64,000 nucleotides of DNA. Origin: Octopus bimaculoides (Eukaryota). The translations under genes were made by a program, and so were the position numbers. Below are positions 1-12,753 of this stretch, one piece after another; positions within the stretch are counted from its first letter, which is position 1; each line of letters starts with the position of its first letter. The notes beneath the pieces were generated by a model that saw only the letters and a program-made list of their open reading frames with translations, made no database searches and was not told where the DNA came from. The stretch lies in assembly GCF_001194135.2 (NCBI RefSeq), contig NC_068993.1, positions 17,573,110 to 17,637,109 of the forward strand. The letters are read 5' to 3'.

Positions 1-59
1 ATATACATATTTGTGTGTATATATATATATACACACATACATGTATATATATATATGTA

Positions 60-235
60 TATACACATACACTCGACAGGCTTCTTTCAGTTTCTGTCTA
101 CCAAATCCACTCACAAGGCTTTGGTCAGCCCAAGGCTATAGTTGAAGACACTTGCCCAATGTGTCACACAGTGGAACTGAACCTGGAACTATGTGGCTGG
201 GGAGCAAGCTTATCACACAGCCTATATACCAGGAG
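60..235 (-). mobile_element. tRNA-derived SINE family A, 5' part
   Basis: Reverse complement of the family A head (ggcttctttcagtttctgtctaccaaatccactcacaaggctttggtc...). Confidence 0.85.
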
Positions 236-339
236 GTACCTAGAAGTATCCAGCAATGTTCTCTGTGGAACAAGCCCATTGAAGTTCAGGCTTCTGCCTC
301 TAGAAGTCTCTTGATGCAAACCTCAGGCATCAGTACACT

Positions 340-1110
340 GACCGGTGGTGTTAAGTGAAGTCATGCTACAATGTTGTGTGTTTTTGTTTTGCAGTGCTTC
401 TCTCCTGTCTGTCAATTTTTGTGATGAAATGAAGGAACAGCATGCTTCCATGAAAGTTTGTTTTCTACTGAGGAAAACTGCAATCGAAACAGTTGTCATG
501 CTTCAAACAGCTTACAAGGATGATGCCATGAGCAAAACACAAGTTTACGAGTAGTTTTCATGCTTTAGGAACGGTCACTTGTCACTTGAAGACCAACCTC
601 ATCCAGGGCATCCATCGGCCTCCCAAGTAAATGAAAACACCATGAAAATTCATGAACTGATCTTGGGAACCATCACTAAACAATTTACAAACTTGTTGAT
701 ATGACTGATTTGTCCTGGAGCTCCTGCCAACAAATTTTGAGTGGGAAATTGTGAATGAAAGGAGTTGCAGCAAAATTTGTGCCTTGGCTTGCTTACCGAA
801 GATCAAAAGCAGTCCTGACTGTATGTGTGTTGTGAACTGATAGAACAGTTGGAAATTGATCCAGACCTTTTTTCGAAGGTCGTCACAGGGGAAAAAAGTT
901 GGTACTATGGAATTTGCAGATGTGATAGAGGTGAAGAAAAAAAACGAAGGCAGCATTAAAAGGCGTCACTTTGCAAGAGTTCCAGCACTGCTTCAAACAG
1001 TGGAAAACAAGTCTGGACCTGTGCACTGCTTCAAATGGAGACTACTTTGAAGGGGATAAAAGTATGAACATGCAAAACTAAATGAACAAAATAATATTGC
1101 AAATAAAAAA
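340..1110 (+). mobile_element. Degenerate mariner transposase remnant
   Basis: Translates MKVCFLLRKTAIETVVMLQTAYKDDAMSKTQVYE*F..F.NG..SLEDQP..G.PS (mariner N-terminal HTH pattern), then IVTGEK-like and FADVIEVKKK-like segments; contains stops and frameshifts. Confidence 0.8.
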
Positions 1111-2250
1111 TCTTGGCAGATATCAATTAAGCACTCAGCATAAAAGAATATGGTTAAATTTCCAACAATCAGATACCAGTAAATGTAAGTAGAGTACAAA
1201 TCCTAGGTAAATCCTCATGCATGGCAGGTAAATTCAACAATCCTTTTGTAGAATATTAAGAAATTCAGAGTATTTAACAACAAATAATATGTACAAAGAA
1301 AATCTTTTCTTTATTGTAGATCACACCTTAAAAATCGAACAGTTGTTTCAATTGCATTAACACATGCACACATACACTTATATATACATACATACATACA
1401 TATATGTATATATGCATACACACACGCACATAATATATATATATATATACAAACATATATAAACCTTATTATTATAATTAATAATACCAATACAATTAAT
1501 AATGTCAACACAACATTATCAAGGTAATCTAAATTGAGGAAATTCCAACTGAACATCTGAAAACGCTAACAAAAAGAAATGCCCAAATCAAATTCAACGT
1601 AAGACATTCATTCATTCCTTCAGCCAATATCAGCGTCATTGAATAACTAGTTTACTTTATAATAAAAATAGAAATAAAAATGACTAAAAATATTAAGAAA
1701 TAAAATAAAAAATACAAATAAAAATTAAAAAAAAAAATAAACGTATTTGAGAAAAGACTTTCAATTATTGGAGACTTCACAGTAAAGTTACAAATGATGA
1801 AATCTAAATAAAAGATAAGAAATACCACACTAATTCTATATTTTTTGACTATTTGAAATCTTCATAGAAAATAATCTAAAAAAGTAACCTAAAAAATGAG
1901 TATTTTTATATACAATTATTGATGACATCGCTGGATAACCAAAGAATAAAAACTACAGGTAATAATTCTACGTTATGCTTAATACAAACTTAGATACTTT
2001 ACATCACAATAATTAATTACCTATTTATTTAATATACTAAACCCTTTTATCGGAATTAACCTTATGTAATAATTGAAAAATTATAATTGATAATATATAT
2101 AATTATTGATGACTTTGCTGGATAACTAAAGAATAAAAATTACAGATTAGGTAATTAGATATCTATTTATTTGTTATATTAAACCATTTTTATATATTAA
2201 AACCATATTATATAATAACTGAAACCTTATTATATAATATTAAAACCTTC
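1110..2250 (+). mobile_element. Degenerate AT-rich retroelement remnant (possibly Penelope-like)
   Basis: 1110-1610 has inverted copies at 2710-2935 and 15540-15935, so it is a dispersed repeat. Family assignment rests only on weak RT-like peptide fragments. Confidence 0.45.
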
Positions 2251-2280
2251 TTATACAATAACTGAAAAATTATAATGAAT

Positions 2281-2686
2281 TGGCTGTGTGGTAAGTAGCT
2301 TGCTTACCAACCACATGGTTCCAGGTTCATTCCCACTGCGTGGCACCTTGGGCAAGTGTCTTCTACTATAGCCTCGGGCCGACCAATTCCTTGTGAGTGG
2401 ATTTAGTAGACAGAAACTGAAGGAAGTCCATCGTATATATGTATTTATATATATGTATGTGTGTGTATATGTTTGTGTGTCTGTGTTTGTCCCCCCACCA
2501 TCGCTTGACAACCAATACTGGTGTGTTTACGTCCCCGTAACTTAGTGGTTTGGCAAAAGAGACCGATGCAATAAGTACTAGGCTTACAAAGAATAAGTCT
2601 TAGGGGTCGATTTGCTCGACTAAAGGTAGTGCTCCAGCATGGCCACAGTCAAATGACTGAAAAGAGTAAAAGAGAGAGTAAAGAGT
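2281..2686 (+). mobile_element. tRNA-derived SINE family A (octopus OK/OR-type, CORE-like), near full length
   Basis: A-box-like tggctgtgtggt, B-box-like ggttca.tccc, CORE-like accttgggcaagtgtc, internal (TA/TG)n and (agagtaa)n tail; many homologous copies in the window. The exact family name needs Repbase/Dfam. Confidence 0.9.
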
Positions 2687-2709
2687 ATAATTATTGATGA
2701 CTTCATGGT

Positions 2710-2935
2710 TGAATGAAGTTGAATTTGATTTAGGCGTTTGTTTCTTTTTGTTAGCATTTATTAACTGCTTAAATTTTTTGAGATGTTCAGTTGGAATTTC
2801 ATCAATTTGGAATACCTTGATAATGTTGTGTTGACATATCTTTTTCAAGATATTATTATTAATTTTAATAATATTGTTTATATATATGTGTGTGTGTGTG
2901 TGTTAATCTAAAATAAAGATATGATTTTCTTCATA
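2710..2935 (-). repeat. Inverted copy of the 1340-1610 repeat
   Basis: The reverse complement shares atgtcaacacaacattatcaaggta..aaattga.gaaattccaactgaacatct with 1502-1558. Confidence 0.8.
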
Positions 2936-3196
2936 CCTATTATCTGTTGTTATATATATATATATATTGGGTCATCCCATAAATAATGCAATCTTTTTTT
3001 ATACTTCTTCCTTTTAAACAATTCAGACCAATATTCAAATTTCTAAAACTGTGAAAGAAAATACTCTTAAAGAAAGTAAAAAAATGTATAAATTTTTGTA
3101 GATCTTGTCAGAAAAATGTCTGTTGATGGTTTGTCTTTTTAAGTTTTATCAACAAACATCTTTTATTAATTTCCTTTTTCTGTTTTATCTTTGCAG

Positions 3197-3400
3197 TGGT
3201 CAAAACTATGTCTGCTTGCTTCTGGGACTGGTATAGCTCCAATGTCAGCAATTGTAAAATCTATTTTAAATGATGAAGATAATGAAACAGTGATACAACT
3301 ATTGTTTGCGTGTCGGTTTTATGAAGATATTTTATTAAAAGAAGACATAGAAAACTGGGCGGACTATTGGAATTTCAGAGTTCTCTACTGCCTCAGTCAG
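3197..3400 (+). CDS. CYB5RL: Penultimate coding exon of NADH-cytochrome b5 reductase-like protein (NAD-binding domain)
   Basis: Acceptor ttttatctttgcAG at 3196 and donor CAG|GTAAAT at 3401; 204 nt, phase 0/0. Translates WSKLCLLASGTGIAPMSAIVKSILNDEDNETVIQLLFACRFYEDILLKEDIENWADYWNFRVLYCLSQ, with the FNR-family GTGxxP NAD motif. It resembles, from recall, vertebrate CYB5RL (LLLAAGTGLAPM...DNENDETFVTL...FWNVRTFFVLSQ). Confidence 0.9.
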
Positions 3401-3772
3401 GTAAATGAAATAAGTGAATTATTCTTTTATCTTTATTTTGGTAGATTGATATAATTAGTAGAATGTTGTAGAAGAGTGCTATGTGCCATTTAGCTGTTTT
3501 TTTTAATGTTCTGAGTTCAAATCTTGCCAAGGTCATCTTAGTCTTTCATTCTTTCATGGTTGATAAAATAATGTAAAGTAGCCATCTGTGTATCATACTT
3601 AATGTATATACACCATTGGTATGCCAGTTACAGCAGTATTTATCCTGAGATACTGCACTGTGTTAAAAACGTAATAAATATCAGGCGGTAAAAAAAATTG
3701 CTAATATGATTGTTTAATTGTCCAAAATGACAACATGGTCAGATTACTGTCCAATGTATCAACATGATTTCA

Positions 3773-3810
<38 letters not shown>

Positions 3811-4079
3811 TTAATATCTGCCTTCTATGTTGGCATGGGAACAGAATATCAACAATACAAATCTCTCTGTCTTGGAGTTCCTATAAAAGACAAAAATTAT
3901 GGGCAGTGATTCCTCAATTTTCATTAATCTATAAAAAAATTTTCCCCCTTAACTTCCAAGAGTTATATAACTATATTCCATTACATTCTGTTGAACCTAC
4001 TTTGGGAATTTTCTTCACAAAAATTCTGCTCTATATTTTCTGTAAAAATAAAATTTCTGGATTTTACCTTGACAACCTT

Positions 4080-4250
4080 GACAACCAATGCTGGTGTGTT
4101 TACATCCCTGTAACTTAGCGGTTCGGCAAAAGAGACCGATAGAATAAGTACTAGGCTTCCAGAGAATAAGTCCTGGGGTCGATTCGTTCGACTAAAAGGC
4201 AGTGCTCCAGCATGGCCGCAGTCAAATGACTGAAACAAATAAAAGAATTT
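4080..4250 (+). mobile_element. SINE family A, 3' half
   Basis: ttgacaaccaatgctggtgtgtttac...cagcatggccgcagtcaaatgactgaaacaa tail identical in type to 2500-2680. Confidence 0.85.
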
Positions 4251-4450
4251 AAAAATCAAATGTCTCAACTAGTAATGCTTGAGAATGTTTAAATTAGTGT
4301 CTCTTGTTGCTTCTAATGTTTTTTTAATAGATAAATTCAAATTTATAGCAACAGGAAGATCTTGTAGTTGTAAAAGAATGCCTCAATAAAAAGTATTTGT
4401 CCAATCTGTGGATGTAAGGACACTAAATGAATGAATAGCATATACATTCA

Positions 4451-4481
<31 letters not shown>

Positions 4482-4989
4482 ATGTATATGTGTTTGTATG
4501 TGTGTATATGTGTGTGCATATATATATATATATATACATAATTAAGGGATCAGCAAATATTTGCTTCATCATATACCGAAGTTCAGAAATAGCAGCTAAA
4601 AAAGCTAACCTTCGGAATTGGTTAGTTTTTCATTGTTTTTTTCTTCTTGTTTTTGCCTTTGTGAGTTACAAGTGATGCTATCTGTGNNNNNNNNNNNNNN
4701 NNNNNNNNNNNNNNNNNNNNNNNNNNNNNNNNNNNNNNNNNNNNNNNNNNNNNNNNNNNNNNNNNNNNNNNNNNNNNNNNNNNNNNNNNNNNNNNNNNNN
4801 NNNNNNNNNNNNNNNNNNNNNNNNNNNNNNNNNNNNNNNNNNNNNNNNNNNNNNNNNNNNNNNNNNNNNNNNGGACAAACTAATGGAAACACCTAGCATC
4901 ATAGCATCATAATTTTGAAATATCTATAAAACCGTCAAAAGCTTGTTTAATTTTGTGTTTTTTGATTCATCATTAGTGTTGCTTAATAT

Positions 4990-5549
4990 GTTTTGCTAAA
5001 ATTGCTGTTTCTTTTCAGATATCATTAGAAAAAGTTAATTAAAATTCATTAAAATTACAGATCTATTGGACTTTCAAAGGGGTCAAATGTTGGTACTCAT
5101 ATGGTAGGTACTAGCGTAACAAAAACAGCCAAAATGTTTGGTATATCAAGAAGTACTGTCTTGAAAGTAATGTCAGCCTTTGAGAAAGAATGAAAAAGCT
5201 CCTCGTTGAAACAAAACTCCGGAAGAAAATCAAAACTTTCAGATAGGGGCCGTCGGACTCATGCGAATTTTTAGAAAGGTTCGCATAAGTACAGCTCCCA
5301 AAATTACTGCAGAGCTTAATGACCGCCTAGAGAACCCAGTTTCCACAAAAACTGTATGCCAGGAGCTGCACAAAACCAGATTTCACGGGAGGGTTGCAAT
5401 CAGAAATCACTACTTTCAAAAATAAACGTTCCAAAGTCATTAGAGTGGAGTAAAAACCTACAGAATTGGTTCCTAGAACAGTGGAAGAATGTTATTTTCT
5501 TGGACGAATCAACCTTTACCTTATTTCCAACCACTGGCTGAGTATACAT
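4990..5549 (+). mobile_element. Tc1-like transposase remnant, truncated by an assembly gap
   Basis: Translates DLLDFQRGQ..VGTSVTKTAKMFGISRSTV..., SGRKSKLSDR, and EQWKNVIFLDESTFTLF (Tc1 first catalytic D, normally FSDES); contains stops and frameshifts. Confidence 0.9.
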
Positions 5550-6429
5550 NNNNNNNNNNNNNNNNNNNNNNNNNNNNNNNNNNNNNNNNNNNNNNNNNNN
5601 NNNNNNNNNNNNNNNNNNNNNNNNNNNNNNNNNNNNNNNNNNNNNNNNNNNNNNNNNNNNNNNNNNNNNNNNNNNNNNNNNNNNNNNNNNNNNNNNNNNN
5701 NNNNNNNNNNNNNNNNNNNNNNNNNNNNNNNNNNNNNNNNNNNNNNNNNNNNNNNNNNNNNNNNNNNNNNNNNNNNNNNNNNNNNNNNNNNNNNNNNNNN
5801 NNNNNNNNNNNNNNNNNNNNNNNNNNNNNNNNNNNNNNNNNNNNNNNNNNNNNNNNNNNNNNNNNNNNNNNNNNNNNNNNNNNNNNNNNNNNNNNNNNNN
5901 NNNNNNNNNNNNNNNNNNNNNNNNNNNNNNNNNNNNNNNNNNNNNNNNNNNNNNNNNNNNNNNNNNNNNNNNNNNNNNNNNNNNNNNNNNNNNNNNNNNN
6001 NNNNNNNNNNNNNNNNNNNNNNNNNNNNNNNNNNNNNNNNNNNNNNNNNNNNNNNNNNNNNNNNNNNNNNNNNNNNNNNNNNNNNNNNNNNNNNNNNNNN
6101 NNNNNNNNNNNNNNNNNNNNNNNNNNNNNNNNNNNNNNNNNNNNNNNNNNNNNNNNNNNNNNNNNNNNNNNNNNNNNNNNNNNNNNNNNNNNNNNNNNNN
6201 NNNNNNNNNNNNNNNNNNNNNNNNNNNNNNNNNNNNNNNNNNNNNNNNNNNNNNNNNNNNNNNNNNNNNNNNNNNNNNNNNNNNNNNNNNNNNNNNNNNN
6301 NNNNNNNNNNNNNNNNNNNNNNNNNNNNNNNNNNNNNNNNNNNNNNNNNNNNNNNNNNNNNNNNNNNNNNNNNNNNNNNNNNNNNNNNNNNNNNNNNNNN
6401 NNNNNNNNNNNNNNNNNNNNNNNNNNNNN
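5550..6429. other. Assembly gap (N run); other gaps at about 4687-4872, 8741-8750, 16405-16530, 19222-19321, 20566-20787, 25904-26077, 36027-36073, 51065-51166 and 57635-58315
   Basis: Runs of N, almost all abutting (TA)n or (CA)n tracts. Confidence 0.99.
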
Positions 6430-6468
<39 letters not shown>

Positions 6469-6472
<4 letters not shown>

Positions 6473-7331
6473 GTGTGATGGGTGAATTGTCTCCATTTTA
6501 GATTTTTAATTTCGCGCATGTGCATTGTTTGTTTTTGATTTTGTTGCTTACAGGGCACAGTCTGTGCGAAAAACAATACCATGAAGCAATTCATTCTGCC
6601 AAAAATTTGGAAACAACATGCTTTACTGCTTGGCATTTGCACCAGAAGTTCCAATACAAACATTTCAGATTGTTTGGGTGTCAGTTTGAGGACAGTGCAA
6701 TCTGAGGACATGTACTGAGAGTGATAAAAATCAAACATACAGTCAACTTCATGGTGCTTGGAGTGATCACTTGTAATGGTGACATTATGCCTCCATTCAT
6801 CTTCCCTCATGGCCTCAGATTCAACATGGAGGCCTACATCAAGTGCCTGGAGGAGGTAATACTGCCCTGGGTCAAGGGTATGACTGCTGGAAGACCCTAT
6901 GTCTGGCAACAGGACCCTGCCCCATGCCACACAAGCAGGAGAACCCAGTCATGGCTGTCAGACAATTTCTGCAACCACATCACTCCTAACATCTGGCCAT
7001 CTAACTCCCTACACTGCAATCCTCTTGATTATTATGTGTGGGGTGCAGTTGAGTGAGAGACCAACAAAACTCCTTAAAACACCAAAGATGAACTGAAGGC
7101 AAGGATTATTGCAGCATTCACCAACTTAAACAAGGACACCATCCAGAAGAGCTGCAGAAGATTCCGAAGTCGTCTGGAGGCCATGGTGAAGCCAGTGGTG
7201 ATTTTATTGAATAAATTTACTCTTTAGTATTTCAAGATATTTTAATGTAATTTTGGTTTATGTTAAAATGAGATATCAGTGTTATTTTCATTTTTGTGTA
7301 ATTTAAATGACAGTTTATTCACTGCACCCTG
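6469..7331 (+). mobile_element. maT (DD37D) Tc1/mariner element, internally deleted
   Basis: Ends CAGGGTG...CACCCTG followed by TA. ORF 6721-7056 has VWQQDPAPCHT and WP..S..CNPLDYYVW, with exactly 37 residues between the second and third catalytic Asp. Confidence 0.9.
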
Positions 7332-7477
7332 TATATATATATATATATGGCTTCTGTATAATATGAACACTTCTCAAGTTTAATGTGACTTGAATCACTA
7401 AAAGTCACTAAAAATCATACTTTATTAATCATGTCCTGTAATGAAGAAAGTACACCACCTTCCACCAAGTAGTAAAA

Positions 7478-7900
7478 TTTATTAACACTTCGTATCAGCA
7501 TTGGCAGATCCACATGATTACACATTACTTCATAAGCTTTATTTACAAAGGAAAATGGTAAGAAATATTTTAATTTTTCCTTATCAAAACTGGCCTAATG
7601 TAAGTAATAATTTTATATTTCATCTTATTCAGTAAAGCTTGTTAACGTTTTCATCTCACTTAATAAAGTTTATTAACACTTAACGTCAACATTACCAAAC
7701 CCATGTGGCTTATCACTTACATCATAAGTTTGTTTACAAAGTAAAGTGAAAGGAAGTATTTTAATTTTTCGTTATAAACACAGATTTAATATATGTAGCA
7801 ATTTTATATTTCATCTCATTTCATAAAGTTTATTAAAGTTTTTCACTTATTTAGTAAAGTTTATTGACACCTAACAACAACATTATTTACAAAGCAAAAT
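7478..7900. repeat. Diverged tandem repeat, about 191-bp period, about 2.2 copies
   Basis: tttatt(a/g)acac(t/c)t recurs near 7478, 7669 and 7860; cataag..ttatttacaaag and aattttatatttcatct also recur. Confidence 0.7.
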
Positions 7901-8694
7901 AATATTTACAAAGTAAAGCAGACTGAAAGAAAACAACTGAAAGAAAACAAAATGAAATACAAGAAGAAAATTAAACAAGACTTGATGCAAGAATATTACA
8001 AATTACTGAAAATAGTTAGAAATAAGTCTCACCAATTTAAACATGCTCTGTGCTTATATATTTATAATATATTGAACTTTATTGCAGAATATAAACTTAG
8101 AAAGAACTTTTAATTTCTAAATTATGATAATGTTTATCCATGGTACTGTTTAACATATTTTTCTAATTATAATATTTAGTTTATTACTTAATTAATTTAC
8201 GCCTACAATTCAGTTTACCTGTTAAAAAACATTGTTATAAATATTTATGAAAAATACATACATATATGTCAGTGTATGTATCTATGTGCACATACATATG
8301 TTTGATCTTTTAGAGTCTTTATATCATATTTTCCTGTCCCTGACTGTTAAATATTGTTTCTGTTTCTGTTAGAGTATACAATCTTGTGGTTGTCTGTTTT
8401 TGTTTACAGACAATACAAAGTCTCTTTCCCTCTCTCTCTCTCCCCCTCTCTCTCTCTCCACCCTCTCTCTCTCTCTTAATACTGTTTTAAATAATTATAT
8501 TTTATTATACATTATTAATTTAATTTATGAATACCAAAATCTACTCTAATTTTAAAATTCTGTCAGAAGAATTACAAGGTTATAATAACATTTATTTTAA
8601 AGAATCTTAAAATTGTTTTTATTTATATACATACATACATATATTATATATCTATACATATTCTCACCTTTATGTGTGCGTGTACACATGAAGC

Positions 8695-8740
<46 letters not shown>

Positions 8741-8750
8741 NNNNNNNNNN

Positions 8751-8789
<39 letters not shown>

Positions 8790-8809
8790 CACACACATAT
8801 CTGTATATA

Positions 8810-10060
8810 AAGCCTGAGGCAATTACAAGAGAAGTATTTGGCTAAGAGTAAACTGTTATTCCTGAAGAAGGCTTTTGATAGAGTACCACATACAGTAATC
8901 TTGTGGTCAGTAAGAAAATTAGGGACTGATGAATAACTTGTGAGAGCAATGCAATCTATGTACAAGGATGTAGTAAGTAAAGTGAGAGTCAACAATGTAT
9001 TCAATGAGGAATTTACTGTGAGGGTTGGAGACCACCAATGCTCAATTCTCAGCCCTATTTATCTCCTATTCATCATAGTCTTACAAGCCATCATAGAGGA
9101 GTTTAAGACTGGCTGTCCTTGGGAGCTCCTATATGCTGATGACTTATTTCTCATATCTGAATCCATAGAGGAATTAGAGAAAAAATTTCAGAAATGGAAG
9201 CTAAACCTGGAATTGAGAGGCTTTAAAGTGAACCAAGAAAAAATTAAGGGTTTTAGTAAGTAGAAAAAAAGACAGGACCTTAGTACCTTCAGGGAAATGG
9301 CCTTGCTTGATATGCAGAAAAGGAGTAGGTATAAGCTTTATATGTTGTATGCAATGTAAGCTGTGGACATACAAGAGATGTAGTGAAATTACTGGCAGCC
9401 TAACTGAAAACGTAGGTTTCATATGTGGTAGGTGCACTGGAGCAGTTCATACTAGCACACCAGAAACTCAGTCTCCTAAATACTCAGCCAGTTCACTAGA
9501 AGTAGTTGATAGCTTTTGTTGCTTGGGAAATGTAATTAGCAAGGAAAGTGGCTGCTCTGAAAGCATAGTAACCAGAGTAAGAACAAACTGGAAAAAGTTC
9601 AGAGAGTTACTACCACTGCTGGCAAAAGATTGTTTCCCTGAAAGTGGAAGGCAGATTATATGATACTTATGTTAGAACTGCAGTGCTGCATAATAATGAG
9701 ACATGGACCTTGAATGTAGAGGACATGAGAAGACTGGAAAGAAATGAAGCTAGCATGCTCTGTTGGATGTGCAAATTAAGTATGCGTGAACGTCATAGTA
9801 TCAACGTGCTGAGAGAAAGACTGGACATAACAGGAATCAGATGCAGTGTGCAAGGAAGAAGATTTTGCTTGTACAGACACATAATGAAGACAACTGTAAA
9901 AAGAAGTGCCAAGCACTAAATGTGGCTGGAGCCTGTGGATGAAGTGGTGAAGGTTGGTCTCAGAACCATGACCCTCACAGAGGAAATGACAAAGGACCAG
10001 GATATCTGGTGATACAAGGTTTTTAATGAAAACTTGCTCAAAATTATGAAACCAACTTCT
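8810..10060 (+). mobile_element. RTE-clade LINE, 3' ORF2 fragment (RT plus PHD-like Cys cluster)
   Basis: WELLYADDLFLISES (YADD at 9132-9143), GxHQ.S.LSP, ICCMQCKLWTYKRCS, WKKFRELLPLL, ERNEASML.WMC; contains frameshifts. Confidence 0.92.
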
Positions 10061-10829
10061 AAAAGCACTGCATAGGAATAGTATATAATATATATTTTTT
10101 TGTGTATATATATTTGTGTGTGTGTGTGAGTGTGTGAGCACCCCAATCAATCAATCTTCCCCTCATGAGGCCCTCCCCCTTCCACCATCCCAATACCACT
10201 TTTCTTGCATCCCACTCAGAACCATCTCATTCATCAGCCATTCTTCATCCATAAATATTATTCTCAACACCCACATGTTACTGTGGCCTTCGCCCCCCCT
10301 CCCTGGGCGACCAAATTATCTCTTCTCATGCATTATGCTTATCTTGTCTCTACACCACTCCTACAACCAACCCAAACACATCATCTCTCTCTCCCCCTCT
10401 TTCTCTCCTCCCCTGTCATTGGTATTGTTACTATCATACTAATAGCATCCCTGTAATGTCACCTTTCCAACTTGTGCACCCCTTCCCTCAATCCTTATAG
10501 ATGTTGCCTACCTCCCTCTCCTACATCCCCTCTCTCACACTCTTGCAATCCCACCATCAGCTATTAATTCTGCTACCTGAGGCGTCACCTGGGGCGACCC
10601 CATTACCATTGTCTGTCTCCTTGGTGATACCTCTAATTCATTTTCACTCTTTCTCCTAAATGTGAGTAGCCATGTAGCTCCTCCACAACAAGAACCTACT
10701 CTAAACTAACCACTTTCCTCCTACCTTTATCCCCATCTAAAATACAGAGGCAACACCTTCCCTCTCCGGGACTGTTGACTTGTGAGCTACATGGTGCCCT
10801 TTCTTTTTGTACAATCAGCATGATGGCAC

Positions 10830-11005
10830 AAAAAGAAAGGGCACCTGGCACACTCTGTAAAGTGGTTGGTGTTAAGAAGGGCATCTGGCCATAGAAACCA
10901 TGTCAAAGTAGACATTATGATGCATTCTTTAACTCACTGGATCCTTGTCAAACTGTCCTACCCATTCCAACATGGAACTTGGGTATTAAATGATGATGAT
11001 GATGG
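10830..11005 (+). mobile_element. RTE-tail/SINE family E copy ending in (GAT)n
   Basis: gtaaagtggttggtgttaagaagggcatc...catgga...aaatgatgatgat. Further copies lie at about 13465, 16540, 23095, 29757, 29990, 30485, 40370, 43520, 44240 and 59290. Confidence 0.8.
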
Positions 11006-11318
11006 GGGGGGGGGGAGGTGATGACGTATTAATTATCTATTTATATGTACATATATATAGACAATGGGCTTCTTTCAGTTTCTGTCTACTAAATCCATTC
11101 AAAAGACTTTGGTCAATCTGGGGCTATTGTAAAAGACACCTACCCTTGGTACTGTGCAGTGGGATTGAACCGAACACTGTATAGCTGGGAAACAAGTTTC
11201 TCAACATCAAATAGTAAAAGACAAAAACAAAAAAAGATTTATATCAAAGATTTTGGGAGGAAAGATAACGTCTTTATCTATTTATGTACTTTTTGTCTGC
11301 TAGTCCATTTGTCTGTCC

Positions 11319-11353
<35 letters not shown>

Positions 11354-11799
11354 CTTCCTTCCTTCCTTCCTTCCTTTCTGTCCATCCATTCATCTGCCCA
11401 CCCACTTAACTATCATTGATTCACTAACTAGCTAGCTAATGAACTAACTAACTAACTAACTAACTAACTATCTCACTAACTAACTATATGTGATTTCCTC
11501 TTTTCTTTCTATTGATGTATGTGTTTGTCTGTTTATTGGCAAGCGGATGTATGAGTTATGTTGTTAATTTTCTCCATTTCATGAATGGTTGGAAATGACT
11601 TTCTTGTGTTGATATAATAATCAACAACATATTTTTTTTCTTTTGGTTTTGTGGCTTCCAGAAACCAGAAATGTAATGGAACATATTTTAGGCAAAAGGT
11701 GTGTGTTTAAGAGTACATTAGTCAAAGCTTATTGCCACCGTGTATAGTTTTCTTTAAATTTTTTTATTTTTATGTTTCTACCAGCTCACCCACTAAATA

Positions 11800-12445
11800 A
11801 TCCTTTCTATTAAAGGCACAAGGCATGGAATTTTGGGGACTGAGGGGTAGCTGATAACATTGATGCCTGTGCGCAACTGGTACTCATTTTATTGACCACC
11901 AAAAGGACGAAAGGCAAAGTCCACCTTGGTGGAATTTGGACTCAGAATGTAAAGATAGAGGAAATGCTGCAAAACATTTTGTCCGGCATATTAAAGATTC
12001 AGCCTGCTCACCACCACCCACTTAATGATAATGGTTCCAAATTTTGGCACAAGGCCAAGAAGTTTGGGGAAAGGAACAAGTTAGTTACATCAACCCCAGT
12101 TCTCAAAATGGTATTTATTTTATCGACCCCCAAAAGGATGAAAAACAAAGTCAACCTCAGTGGAATTTGAACTCAGAATGTAAAGATGGACAAAACGCTG
12201 CAAAGCATTTTGCCTGGCATGCTAATGGTTCTGCTAGTTTAAAATTTTGCCACAAGGGCAACAATTTTGATGGAGGAGATGAGTAAATTACATCACCCCA
12301 GTGTTCAACTGGTACTTAATTTATTGACCCTGAAAGGATGAAAGGCAAAGTCAACCTCGGCAGAATTTGAACTCAGAGTGTAGTGATGGGTGAAATACCA
12401 CTAAGCATTTCATCCGGTGTGCTAATGATTCTACTGGCTCACTAC
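11800..12445 (-). mobile_element. Head-to-tail trimer of SINE family B
   Basis: Three diverged units of about 215 bp, each with ggcacaagg...ctggtact.attttat(c/t)gacc..aaaggatgaaaggcaaagtc.acct.gg.ggaatttgaactcaga. Confidence 0.85.
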
Positions 12446-12753
12446 TTTAATGATGAGGATAATAATAATTAGTAATAATAATACATATCTTGAAAAAGTG
12501 TAGAAAAATAGAAAATTGTATGGGTTAATTTTATGAATATTTTGTTTATTTATTTTCAAGAATTATCCATGAAAAAATGGATGTCAATAAATACATTTAG
12601 TTTTTTTAAAATGTCAGAAACTGATCATAAATATGTCAAAAATTTATATTAAAATGTCAAAGAGCAATATTAAAATATTTTTAAAATGCTTTGAAAAAAT
12701 ATGTATTTATAGTATTTTTGTGTTTATCATTAAATTTTTGTTGTTATTTGTAG

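Noticed and set aside
5400-6930. Long 326-469 aa ORFs (also 57602-58464, 20518-21256 and others)
   Set aside because: They are open only because they run through N gaps or TA/CA microsatellites.
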